The notes under the pieces are model-generated. The model saw only the letters and a program-made list of their open reading frames with translations, did no database searches and was not told the DNA's origin. Source: Lophium mytilinum (taxonomy: Eukaryota). From it: a stretch of 64,000 nt of DNA. Positions within the stretch are counted from its first letter, which is position 1. Each line of letters starts with the position of its first letter. This document shows, piece by piece, positions 48,366 through 60,000 of this stretch. The stretch lies in assembly GCA_010093605.1 (NCBI GenBank), contig MU004191.1:356816-420815 (forward strand), in the 5' to 3' direction. The position numbers were made by a program, and so were the translations under genes.

Positions 48366-51036
48366 ATGAGGCTCCGTCTCTCGGTACAGCGGAATGCGCT
48401 GCCTCCGACGGATATCCTTTGGACAGTCTCGGACGACCAGGTCTCCCAGAAGGCCTTCACTATTGCGCGACTGCTCGACGACATCAATCGGATCGTCCCA
48501 CTAGAGTCAGAGACCTGGGGCTTAGAGGATTATGTGGTGACAGTCGGCGGATATGAGTGTCTTCACTTTGCGCAAGTGGGCCACGTATTGAAGGACGAGG
48601 ACAGGATCTGGTCCGTTCAGCTAATTCTATACCATAGTATGTTCCTCATTGCTAACAGCTACTAGCATTCGATCACTACAGACACCCGAAGTCAGGGCTC
48701 GCACATTGACCGGCCGGTATCAGATCTCAGAAGGTGGCCAGCATCTCGTAGACGGCATTCCTTTTGGCCGGCCCCATTTGAGGGATCCGAATCGTCCACC
48801 AGTCCGCATACCACCTCGTAAACGGCGCAAGATTACGGAAGAAGAGGAGGTCGCTGTGGATGGATACTTGGTCGATGATGAGGAAGCACAACCAAACGGA
48901 CTGATACCTCAACACTGGAAGCTTGCGCTGGACGCCCGGGAGGACGACGAGGACGAAGAAGACGGGGATTATGCTTCCGACCCAGCTGCTGCAAAGTTGA
49001 AGAGCACGATACCCGCCAAACGACAGAAGAGTGTGCGCTTTGATTCTCTGCCTATATCACAGGAGTTGGTTGCGCTTCCCTCTGAGGATGAAGACGATTC
49101 AGAAGAGGAGGACTACAACCCGGACCAAGACATGGATACATCGGAGGCGTCAGAGGAGGACTCGGAAATCAGTGACTCAAGTGCGGGCGAAAGCGACTCC
49201 GATGATTCATCTTCTGCATCATCGTCCTCGTCATCGTCTGACTCGGAGTCTTCGTCTTCTGATGATGAGGAAAGCGATAATTCTCTCCCCGAAGAATTGC
49301 CCTCCAAATTACCGCCGAAGAAGCCTTTCAAGGATGACATTACGAGCACAGGACATGTCGCTATCGAGACCCAACAGAACAAACCATTCGGCACAGGGAA
49401 AGCTTCGACACGGGAAAGAAATAAGAGGAAACGCGATAGCAAAAGGGCTAATCTCCTAAAGCACTATGGCATCCTGGCTAAGGATGCGACAAGGGATGAT
49501 TTGAAAAAACTCAAGGAGACAATGACGGAGGAAGAGTTAAAAGAGAAAGCCATCTCTGCAAAGCTTGCTAATCCTAATTTGGCTGGGATGCCTGTTCAAA
49601 CTTCAACTCACAACAAAGATAGAAAGCGCCAAGCTCAGTCACACCTCAATCCCGCGAAACCCAACGCCAACGAAAAGGAGAGTATCAAGCTACGTGCCAA
49701 GAAGTTGCTTAAAGCGATCGAAGATGGCGGCATAGATGTCACGCTCGAACGGCCGACGTATCATCGCAACTCAAAGAAGGACACACAGCCCGAGCCAGCT
49801 GTAGACGCTAAGGGAGACATCCAAGCAATATCTGGTCACGACGATGTCTATACTAGTAGTGGAGACAGTGCTTCTAAGGAGACGAGAAATGGTGAAAACA
49901 ATTCCACGGAAATCGAAACCCCAGAGCAACCAGCCGCTAAACGTGCACGATTGGATCTCGCCGGATCTCGTCGCTTGCTTTTCGGGTCTCTTGGCGTTCG
50001 AACTCCTAAGTCGAAGGAAGACGAAGAGAAGCTGCGGATTCGACTGGCGGCCAAAGCGGAATCTTCTGGAAAAGCCAAACTGAATGTCGAACCCGAGGAA
50101 AATGAAGATCCAAGCGACCCAGAGGATGTCGACGCCTGGAAGGAGAGAATTAATTTGACGGCTTTTGAGTGCTGGTACGAAAACGTTGCATTGAGTACTC
50201 CACCTTTTCCATTTGTTCAACGATGGGACCCGCAGCAGAAGATCAAGAATGGTCGCAATGCTTCAAAGGGAAAGAAGCGGAAGAGAGCAAATGCTCAATA
50301 TTATGACGTTGGGGAGAAAATGTACGGGGAATTCCGTCATGGTGGAGACCAGGGCGAGGAATCAAGCACCGTGCAGCTGAACTACGATCACGAAGAAGAC
50401 CAAGGATATGAGGAGGACAAAGCCCTCGAGACTCAGCTGCAGCAGGATATGGAAGGCGCTGCCAGCCGTGATGACTTACCGATCCCTCCTGCCGACTTAT
50501 CTACATTACCCGACCTATTTTATGAAGACATCAAAAAGGACGCCATCATTGTCTTCAAGGAACTTGTCGTTAGTCATGAAACTGGATGGAAACCCACCAT
50601 ACTTCCTCATCGCACTGCAATCGTCGTCGATATCGAACCTGATCAACGAAGAATCTTCTTGAAGCTAGCGCAGCGAGATCAGTCTCAGCGGACGATCAAC
50701 TATGATGCTAACGGCAACCGCATATACGAGCAGTTCGAGATGGCGCAATCGGATAGTGAAGGCGACAGCGAGGACGCAGATTGGCTCTCCCTTACGTTTG
50801 AGGAGCTTTTGGAGGCGAAGCTCTTGCAACAGCCTTCCGAGGAGATCAATGCTTCGGAAACCGGATTTGAAGGAGAGAAGGCCAATGACGAGGTGCATAT
50901 GGAGGGCGCGAATACAATTCCCCCAACCTCTTCCCCGGAACCCCACTTGTCACCTGGACAGCATTTACACATGCTGCTAGAGAGCAGTGGCAGCAGTGCC
51001 GTTACCGTGGGCAAGGATCAGGACGGATCGACATAG
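48366..51036 (+). CDS. Acidic/Ser-rich nuclear protein, coilin-like (ubiquitin-like N-terminus, Tudor-like C-terminus)
   Basis: N-terminal MRLRLSVQR..LLDDINRIVPLE..YVVTVGGYECLHF..VLKDED; NLS-like RKRRK; long D/E/S tract; C-terminal DLSTLPDL..IIVFKEL..WKPTI..RTAIVV..LLEAKL. Intron ~48611-48665. The gene is solid; the coilin assignment is by recalled similarity. Confidence 0.65.
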
Positions 51037-51778
51037 GGCGAATCATTCCAGGTTACCCTAGTCCATGCATGCATCAATACGTCTGTCTATACTTTCTTCT
51101 TGCCGGTAAGGATGCCTCACAGCGTTTCCGAGGCTAAGCACAAAATGAAGGTTCCGAACATTTGTAAATAGCAAAATCTCTTCAGTCTGAACTTTCTACC
51201 ACTCATGTAGAAAGATAATACAGCCTCCTGAAAATACATTCAAGCGTCTCGAAGAGTGACAGAAAGATCAGTCAAACGCGGACAAAGCCCAGTGTTACAA
51301 TATAGTCCGGTGTGCTATGGCAGTCTTGGTCGGCAATTACTCTCGTAAAATCATAACAGGAAATGTCGCACCTGTATAAAGTTTTCCGGATGACTGTTGC
51401 CGTTGGGCCTCTCTTTCCAGGGACTAAACAGGCAATAGACCTGTCAGCAGGATTAACTGTGAGTGGCCACACCGGGCTAACGACGGCAATTGAAGCAGCG
51501 CAACAACTGCCGAGAGGTGGAGGGGTCTCGACGACGTCCCACAAAGGCGCCGGTCCTACGACTCTCATGATGTGCCGTACAACAAATTCTGCTCGTGGCA
51601 TTCAGCCCCCAACTGGGGAGGGGCGTCTGTATAAGACGCAATGCTCTCCCGAGAAATTCTGGGCGTGTTCGCCAGGCCACATCCAACCACATCAACCTCA
51701 ACTTTACTTCGCACGTGATATCGAAACACCAACACCTCTCTCCACGTCGTTGATATTTGCACAGCAGGCTCGGACGAC

Positions 51779-52906
51779 ATGGTTCTCCCCACCGGTGTAT
51801 ACCGAGCCGACCATGTAGGATCCTTCCTGCGGCCATCCGCGCTCCTCTCTGTGCGCGAGAAGGTCGCGACCAAGCAACTCCCCCCCTCAGACCTCCACGC
51901 CCTCGAAGACCGCTGCATCGCAGACGTAGTAAAGAAGCAGCTCGCAGCCGGCCTCCGCTCCATCACCGACGGCGAGTTCCGCCGCGCCTACTTCCACCTC
52001 GACTTCCTCCAGCACTTCTCCGGCATCTCCATCCAAGGGCAAACCGGCACGATCCGCCCCCACGGCTTCTCCCCCCCCGTGCTCGCCGTCACCGGCAAGC
52101 TCGGCCACCCTTCCACCCCGATCCAAGTCGCCGACTTCAAGTTCCTCGAAAAGCACATCGGCGCCGCCGCCGCCTCGTCCAAAGTCTGCATCCCCTCGCC
52201 CACAATGGTGCACTTCCGCGGCGGGCGCGCCAGCATCGACATCAAGGCCTACCCGGACCTGGACCCGTTCTTCGCGGACCTCGCGAAGGTGTACCAGGAC
52301 GAGCTGGCGGCGCTGTATGCCGCCGGCTGCCGCTTCGTGCAGCTCGACGACACGAACCTCGCGTACCTGTGCGACCCGGAGATGCGGAAGGCGGCCGCGG
52401 AGCGTAACGAGGATTTGGAGGCGCTGCCGCGGCGGTACGCGGAGCTGATTAATGCGGCGATTGGCGCGCGGCCAAGGGATATGAAGGTCGGGATCCATTT
52501 GTGCCGCGGGAATTATCGCTCGAAGTGGTTTGCGTCCGGGGGGTATGAGCCCGTGGCCGAGGTGCTGTTTAAGGAGCTGGATGTGGATGCGTATTTTCTC
52601 GAGTATGACGATGCGAGGAGTGGGGATTTTGAGCCGCTGAGGCATTTGCCCGAGCATAAGGTGGTCGTGTTGGGGTTGATGAGTAGTAAGAAGAATACGC
52701 TGGATGATAAGGCGGAGATTATCGAGCGGTTGGGACAGGCGGCGGCGAAGTGTAAGGGGGGCTTGGATCAGCTTTGTTTGAGTCACCAGTGTGGGTTTAG
52801 CTCGACGGCGGAGGGGAATGAGTTGACGGAGGAGGAGCAGTGGGCGAAGGTGAGGCTGGAGGTGGAGATTGCGAAGGAGGTGTGGGGAGACGATATTTCG
52901 AAGTGA
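51779..52906 (+). CDS. Cobalamin-independent methionine synthase-like protein, catalytic C-terminal barrel only (YxjG/H-like)
   Basis: RADHVGSFLRP, TDGEFRR, Zn ligands HLCRGN / FLEYD / SHQCGF; 375 aa, intronless. Confidence 0.9.
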   Translation: MVLPTGVYRADHVGSFLRPSALLSVREKVATKQLPPSDLHALEDRCIADVVKKQLAAGLRSITDGEFRRAYFHLDFLQHFSGISIQGQTGTIRPHGFSPPVLAVTGKLGHPSTPIQVADFKFLEKHIGAAAASSKVCIPSPTMVHFRGGRASIDIKAYPDLDPFFADLAKVYQDELAALYAAGCRFVQLDDTNLAYLCDPEMRKAAAERNEDLEALPRRYAELINAAIGARPRDMKVGIHLCRGNYRSKWFASGGYEPVAEVLFKELDVDAYFLEYDDARSGDFEPLRHLPEHKVVVLGLMSSKKNTLDDKAEIIERLGQAAAKCKGGLDQLCLSHQCGFSSTAEGNELTEEEQWAKVRLEVEIAKEVWGDDISK

Positions 52907-53071
52907 AGAAAGCTTGAGCGTTCAGAGCGTGGCATTTCTGGCATAAAATGAAGCACCTGCAAGCGATAGCATAGACACGTATTACGATAGTTTACGAATC
53001 TGGAACGTGGTCAATCGGAAGATACAGTAATGAGACGTCAGAGTCTCAACCGTGCCGCGTCCCCTATCTCG

Positions 53072-54965
53072 CTATAACGGCAGACCATTGGTGATTTCGC
53101 CGTAAGGAACTGGTTCATAATCTCCAAAGCAAGCGTATGTGAAATTCACTAGCTTGATCTGCTTCCTCTGCACCTTCAAGAACGTCTCCATCTCGCACCA
53201 GCCATCGTCACGCTTTCCACACTCTTGCATACTCAAACCTAGCGGGACTGTTCGCTGGTTGAGAACGAAGTGGACATAATTCGTGGGCGGGCCTGGAAGA
53301 TATACTGCCTTAGCTGAACGATTAGCGTCGACAGGCTGCGGCGTCCTGATAATCTCGATGTCTAATCTCGCAGCGAACGGGGTGACGTGGCTCACAATTA
53401 GCTCCCGCTCGACTATATGGGTCGGCGGTAACGTCTTGTTGAATTGGGTCAAGCCGAACGCGGTCATGATACCTAGAATGTTTGTGTCGTGAGAGAAATC
53501 AAAATTCAATGTCTGGTATATCGGGAAGGTGAGAGTGTTGTTGTCCAGAGTGACGTTCACGTTGTCCGTTGGGGAGTTTATTGTATGGTGCGTCATACGG
53601 GCTAAAACTTCTTGGACGTATCCTGGAGTGGAAATTCAGTGAGTCGTAATGCTGGGAGAGTACATGAAGATGGGACAAGCAGCGTACCTATTTCGTTGGC
53701 CCTGCCAGTAGGCGACTGGAAGCCAAACCAGCCCGCGAACTTGATGTCAACGCTGTATTCAAAGCCTTGCCATTCCTCGAAGGTGAATAGTCCGCACCAC
53801 CGAGAGTAGCCCAAAGCGACGGTCTCGTATGGGCAAAGCTGCTGCGCGGCGTCTGGGTTCATGTGAGATCATGAAGAGAATAGGTCGAGGTAGTCTATGT
53901 GCTTACATGTATCATGTACTGACCAGGACAGGCCTCCGCTTAGCATCTCCTGGAAACGCTTCGTAGCATCTTCGAGGTACGTAGCTATCCACACTTGCGG
54001 TGCTATGGAGAGTCAGCACATGTAGAACACCAGACTTATCAATGGCTTAATTCGCACCGTTGTAACCACCCTTTGGAACCCCTAAGTTTGCGTTCGGACA
54101 GTCATAGTCGCCAATCAGGGTATTGTTGTAGCCAGGTTCCTCGATGATGACTTCCAATCTTGCTTTACTTGGCCAATCTAGCCCAAAGAAGCCGGCCATG
54201 AAGTACTCTGCGGACTCGAGCATGCGGTTCTCAGTCGTAGTGCGGGCTACTATCTTGCTTCCATTGTTCGGATATAGATGTCCGTACTGGTAGTAGTGAA
54301 GTGTCCCGGAGTTGAATAGTTCTTGCTTTCCAATTGGAACAAGTGTTTCCTCCCCCAGGCCATACTTCCACGAGTTCAAAAACGAGAGGGGACCGGTCGC
54401 TTTGAACTTCCCAGTAGCGTCGTGAATCTTTTGCCCCAATCTTTCTGCGTCACTGCCAGCTGTCGGATAGCGACTCCCGTGTCGGGAAACCATATTGACC
54501 CAAGAGATGCTACTGCCAGGCGGGAGAGAGTACTCATTGACGCCAAATCCTCGCGGGTTTGGAAAGTACGGGCTCAGGCTCCCTAGGAGCTCGAAGATGT
54601 TCTTGCCGTGTTTGTTGCCCCGAATTGGGATCTGAGTCTCAAGAGGGCCATTTGGTACGTACGAGACACCGGGGAATGGTGCCGCATTCGTCTGTGCAAG
54701 CCGAGGGGAATCACCGGTTGCCGTAGGGCCTATGCAGTTAGTAAAGGTATTCTCGAGCCATGTCACTGCGGTTCCGCTTACCAGCAAACCATCCAAGGGT
54801 AGTGTCGAAGTAATCGGGGACCTTGGAGGATTCACTAATTGCTAGTGAAGCTTCGCGGACGTCAATGACGGCAGTCGTTGAGGAAGACGTCAAAATGACC
54901 ACGAGAGCGATTTTGAGCAGCATGGAGAACGACGTCATGAAGTTTAAGATGCTAAGAATCGCCAT
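53072..54965 (-). CDS. Secreted histidine acid phosphatase / 3-phytase
   Basis: RHGSRYP and SHD catalytic motifs, CPYET, hydrophobic N-terminus, about four GT-AG introns. Start codon could be 54965, 54938 or 54923. Confidence 0.9.
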
Positions 54966-55445
54966 GTATTCTTTGAGGCTCGTTTGAGCCTGATGTCAAT
55001 ACATAAGGTCAAAGATTCAAGAGGGGTGAGAGATAGAAACAAACACGGAAGTCAAGCCCGCAGCGTGCCTTCTACATCGCGGTTGCTAAAGATGGTGTAG
55101 CACCGCAGACCTCTAGATAACGAGTAGCGCTGAAGTACAATACTAGTCCATAAGTCTGGGCACACGGACTTATCACCCGCTGTTCGCCTCCAATCTTGCT
55201 CACTTGACACCACTGAGAAGAGCAGCATAGCCACTTAGTAGGTAGTGAGTGAAGTAGCAGTCTAATTTTGCACTACCTAAAACTCGGCATTGCGCCCAGA
55301 TACTTGAAACCTTATAGGAGTACCCCAAGCAGTAGTAAACGGATGTGCACACACTTCTAGCTCGGCATTGTAGCATTGCCCAATTATGATAGATGGCCAT
55401 ATGGATAATGAGCCAAAGACTAATATTGGAGTGATATAGCCTTTA

Positions 55446-55457
55446 CATCACGTGATG
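55446..55457. promoter_or_regulatory. Palindromic E-box CATCACGTGATG (bHLH site)
   Basis: Perfect 12-bp palindrome with a CACGTG core, ~480 bp upstream of the phytase ATG, in the region shared with the divergent glycosyltransferase. Confidence 0.4.
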
Positions 55458-56433
55458 GCCTCCGTGTTCGAGCGGTGTTGTGAATGTGGTCGCCTCCTGC
55501 AAAGTAGGGTATATATATGCTTTTACTTTGTCATCGTCGAAGTGAACCACTCAACACCCTGCACATTGTCAGTACTGGCGCGATGCGAGGAGGGGAATGA
55601 GTAAGTGACGGCCTCGCCAGAACTAAGTCTACCTCGCCCGTTCGAGGTTTCATTTTTGTACATTAAGATCTTGAGTTTGAATCACAGGGTCCTTATTCTT
55701 TTTCGCACTTTTATAGCAGGCTCTCTTCCTGACATTCACCTGTCTGCCGCATATGAAACTCTACCGCATAGGCTATTGGTTGAGAGAAACACTGACGTCG
55801 CCGAGAGAGCCCCTGTTGTGGTGGATTAAAGGGTTGACCGCGTCAGTAGCATCCTAGAAGGAAGCTTCAAGCTCGAGGAAATACGAAGGCCGCGTCGACC
55901 TCACAGACCGTTCAGGTGGGAGCAAAGCAGCGTTAGGTTTCCCTGTATTTTGATGCTGGTCCCGTGCAAAGCGTAGCGTACATTCTTTCGTTCATATTAG
56001 ACGGATTTCAGAGACGAATTGCACGGCCGTAGGAGGGAATTCGCCACGCAAATCGGTGTGATGAGGCTTGAGCTACTGCAGGCCCCTGGCTAGGCCCTCA
56101 TTCACAAATATTCATAAATTTCCAGCTAGTAGGGGGGCCCCTAGCTAGCGGAATACCTCTGCACGCCCGGAGACCTTATCTAAGGTCTCTGCTCAAGGCA
56201 GCTTGTGCAGGCCGGATACGGTAACGCGCCGATAAGATGGGGCTACGGGCTCTATCACGGTAGATCTCCCGAACTTCCTCACGTTAGGGTAGCTTGTCTC
56301 GTGACTATCTAGGCAACGCGTAGCTCTAAGAGGGCCTAAAAAGGGACCAGGGCTATAGAGGCAGCTTAGTAGAAGTATTTTACAACTCTATCTATCTACT
56401 TAGGGCACTTGGTATAGTATTAAAGATAAATAA

Positions 56434-56490
56434 GCTGAAGGTCACAGGCTTTTGCTGAAGGTCACGCGCTTTTGCTGAAGGTCACGGGCT
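56434..56490 (+). repeat. About three tandem copies of a 20-bp unit GCTGAAGGTCACNNGCTTTT
   Basis: Units start at 56434, 56454 and 56474. Confidence 0.9.
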
Positions 56491-57027
56491 GCTGACGTAG
56501 AGCCTCTGGCAGGTATCCAATTTTTGTGACCTGGTGGCGCCAGGGTAGCCCCCTGTGCCAATTTGTTAGTGTCACCACCAAAATCGGCATGCTTCCTACC
56601 CCTCTGAGCCTAGCTAAACGCCATGCAGATACTAGCGTAATTCCATTGAAATCCGTCTATTGGAGCAGCCAGTGGTGCGGGTTCATGTATGACGTGGGGC
56701 AGTAAGAGTCGTTGGTCAGCCACCTGGCTCTCTGTCAGCGGCTGCGTCTCCGAAACGCTGCAGCAATTGGCTCACACGTCGTCCATTTCCAGGTTCAAGC
56801 CACTCGTCATGGCTGCTAGTTGCGCCCCATGGTGGCCAGCGGTGGGGCCTGGACCTGCTGTGGGACAGGGTGAATGTCAAATGTCCAAATGGAGGGGTAG
56901 CGCAGTTGGCTGGCTTCCTTCAAGCTTTCGGCCGCAACCCTCCTGCCATCTACAACACTTCTTACGCTGTATCAAGCTGTGTCTCTTGCCGTCCATGTTT
57001 GTTAAAGGGTCGTAGCGTCTGGAAAAC

Positions 57028-60000
57028 ATGTCCTCCTCCAACGATCCCCCAGCATACCAGGATGCGCCTCCAAGTAACGCCCTACCTCCAGGCCTAGTAG
57101 AACAGGCCGCCCTCGCCATGGACACAGCAAATGCAGACCGAGGGAATCGCGAGACAGATCAACGCCAGGGAGAGGCTTCAGATCAGCCAAAGGCCGAGTA
57201 CTCGGCCTACACGGGCTCATATCGTCCAGGAGCAGATGGCCCAGCAGACGCCACCATAGCTGTGTATGGACATTCACCAAACTACTAATATACTAGTACT
57301 AATACGATTACCTCTAGGCCAACCGCTGTTCCCAATGGCGAAACACACGACCCGAACGACGTCCCTCCGCCTGCGTACAGCGAGACCTATGGACACATAG
57401 AGGACGATAATAGTGAAATTGGAACGAATGCGACAGTAGCTGGTATGCTTTCCCAATCTACTGTCTCGTCATAGGTCTGTGTATACTTGTCTGCCGCTAT
57501 TCAGAGGAATCCAAGCAGCGGCAACTCACCTATACACTATCTGTTGGCGAGGCAGTGTGACTGAACGGCAATTTTAACTGACTTTTGCAGCCGATGGTCG
57601 TGTCAATATCCGCATCAATCAGAAGTCTCGAAGACTCTCCCAACTCCTAGTCCCCACCCTCCATAGCCTCGCCCAGGCTGATGCTGGACCTGCTCTACCT
57701 CCTGGATACATTCCCGAATCGCTCGGTGGAGCGCCTGGCCAAGAACCACCTCCACCGTTGAATGTCGTCATACATGTCGTAGGATCTCGAGGAGATGTGC
57801 AGCCATTTGTTGCACTGGGAAAGGTTCTGAAAGAAACCTATAATCACCGAGTGAGGCTGGCCACGCATCCTACGTTCAAGGACTTTGTCACGGAGAATGG
57901 CTTAGAGTTTTTCAATATCGGAGGCGATCCAGCAGAACTCATGGCTTTCATGGTCAAGAATCCAGGATTGATGCCGGGCTTTGACACGCTTCGTAGCGGT
58001 GACATCGGAAAGCGGAGAAAGGGTATAGCCGACATCATCAAGGGGTGCTGGAGATCTTGCATTGAGACAGGGGATGGATTTGGTGTAGAATCCGTGAAGC
58101 AGACAGTTGAAGAGTGGATGGGCTGCCCGGATGACGAGTCGGAAGAAGCCCAACATCGACCTTTTGTGGCTGATGCAATAATTGCGAATCCTCCCAGCTT
58201 TGCCCATGTGCATTGCGCCGAGAAACTGGGTGTACCTCTACACATGATGTTTACGTATAGCTCCCTCTCCGCTACTACATTCTCTGACCCAACAAGCTAA
58301 TTGCTGCAGAATGCCCTGGTCTCCAACACAAGCGTTTCCGCATCCTCTAGCTAACATACAGTCTTCGAACGCCGATGCTAGTCTCAGTAACTTCATGTCG
58401 TATACGTTGGTTGATATGATGACTTGGCAAGGCCTGGGAGATCTCATCAACCGATTTAGAAAGGAAAGTCTGGGTCTTGAGCCAGTCAGTCTTATGTGGG
58501 CACCTGGCATGCTTGCACGGCTCAAGATCCCATACACATATTGCTGGTGAGCATATCTGCATTATTCGCTTTGCTGTCACTCCACAAGCTTGTATTTAAT
58601 ACTAACATAAGTGGCCAGGTCACCAGCACTGATTCCAAAACCAAGGGACTGGGGAAATCACATCTCGATATCTGGCTTCTTCTTCCTTTCCTTAGCATCA
58701 AACTACCATCCAGAGCCAGAATTAGCTGCCTTCCTTGCAGCCGGACCAGCGCCCGTATACATCGGTTTCGGCTCTATTGTAGTCGATGATCCTAATGCAA
58801 TGACTAAACTTATCTTTGATGCCGTCAAGAAGACAGGCCAGCGGGCTCTAGTCTCCAAAGGATGGGGTGGCCTAGGTGCCGATGAGCTTGGTATTCCGGA
58901 CGGCGTTTTCATGCTAGGAAACGTCCCCCACGACTGGCTCTTTCAGCACGTATCCTGCGTTGTCCATCATGGTGGAGCTGGTACTACAGCTGCCGGCATA
59001 GCTTGTGGAAAACCTACTGTGGTGGTTCCTTTCTTTGGTGATCAGCCGTTCTGGGGCGCCATGGTCGCGAAAGCAGGTGCTGGGCCTCTGCCAACGCCTT
59101 ACAAAGAACTGACTGCGGACAAACTCGCCGAGTCCATCGAAGAAGCTTTGAAACCGACTTCTCTCGAGAGGGCCAAGGAGCTTTCGCAGAAAATTAGTAA
59201 AGAGAAGGGAAGCGACACAGGAGCTCAGTCTTTCCACCAAATGCTGAAGGTTGACGAATTACGATGTACCGTGTGGCCGCAAAAAGCAGCTGTCTGGAGA
59301 GTCAAACGGACTTCGGTACGACTAAGTGCAATGACTGCTACCGTCTTAGCTCAAGAAGGAGAATTGAATTTTGGGGAACTGAAATTGTGAGTAAACCTAA
59401 TCATATCTCGAAAATCGCCCCTAATAGATCTAGGTATCGACCCCGTGAGTACGAGACTGATGACGGGCCTTGGGACCCCATTACAGGGGGAGCCACGGCC
59501 ATCATCGGAACTGCGTCAACAATGATGATGGGAGTTGCAGATTTCCCTACTGAAACTCTCAAACTACTCAACATTCATCCGGATGCCAGGAAGAAGTCCA
59601 AGAATACCGAATCAGAAGGTGCTTCTAACAATGGCGCTTCCAACAATGGCGCTTCTAGCAGTGGCTCTAGCACTATTCGTACGGGTCGATCGTCTACCTC
59701 ACGAACGGACTCTATTGCGTCGCCGTCGAGTAGTACCACAGCGCTCCCAGGATCAGAAACCCCGCTCACCGAAGTCAGCGCACAAGATATTCCACCAACG
59801 TCTCCCAACAGGTCCGGTGCTATGAGCCCAGTTTCTCGCAACCGATTCATGAAGGAGGCCATGCGGACCCAGACTCAGGTATCGCGACCAAGCTCCCCTA
59901 GCCGGCCATGGTGCCCCATCTGCCGGAAGGGGTCTTGCAATCATATCCGTCATCAGCGTTCAACGTCACAGTCAGAGTCAGAATCCACCGCAGCAAAGCC

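Noticed and set aside
51887..52786. Long antisense or alternative-frame ORFs (e.g. 51887-52786, 17706-18380, 60638-61486, 39056-39745)
   Set aside because: Shadows of GC-rich, codon-biased real genes; no recognisable motifs.
57286..57288. Apparent premature stop early in the glycosyltransferase
   Set aside because: It falls inside a plausible GT-AG intron (57264-57317, with a CTAAT branch site) whose removal restores the frame.
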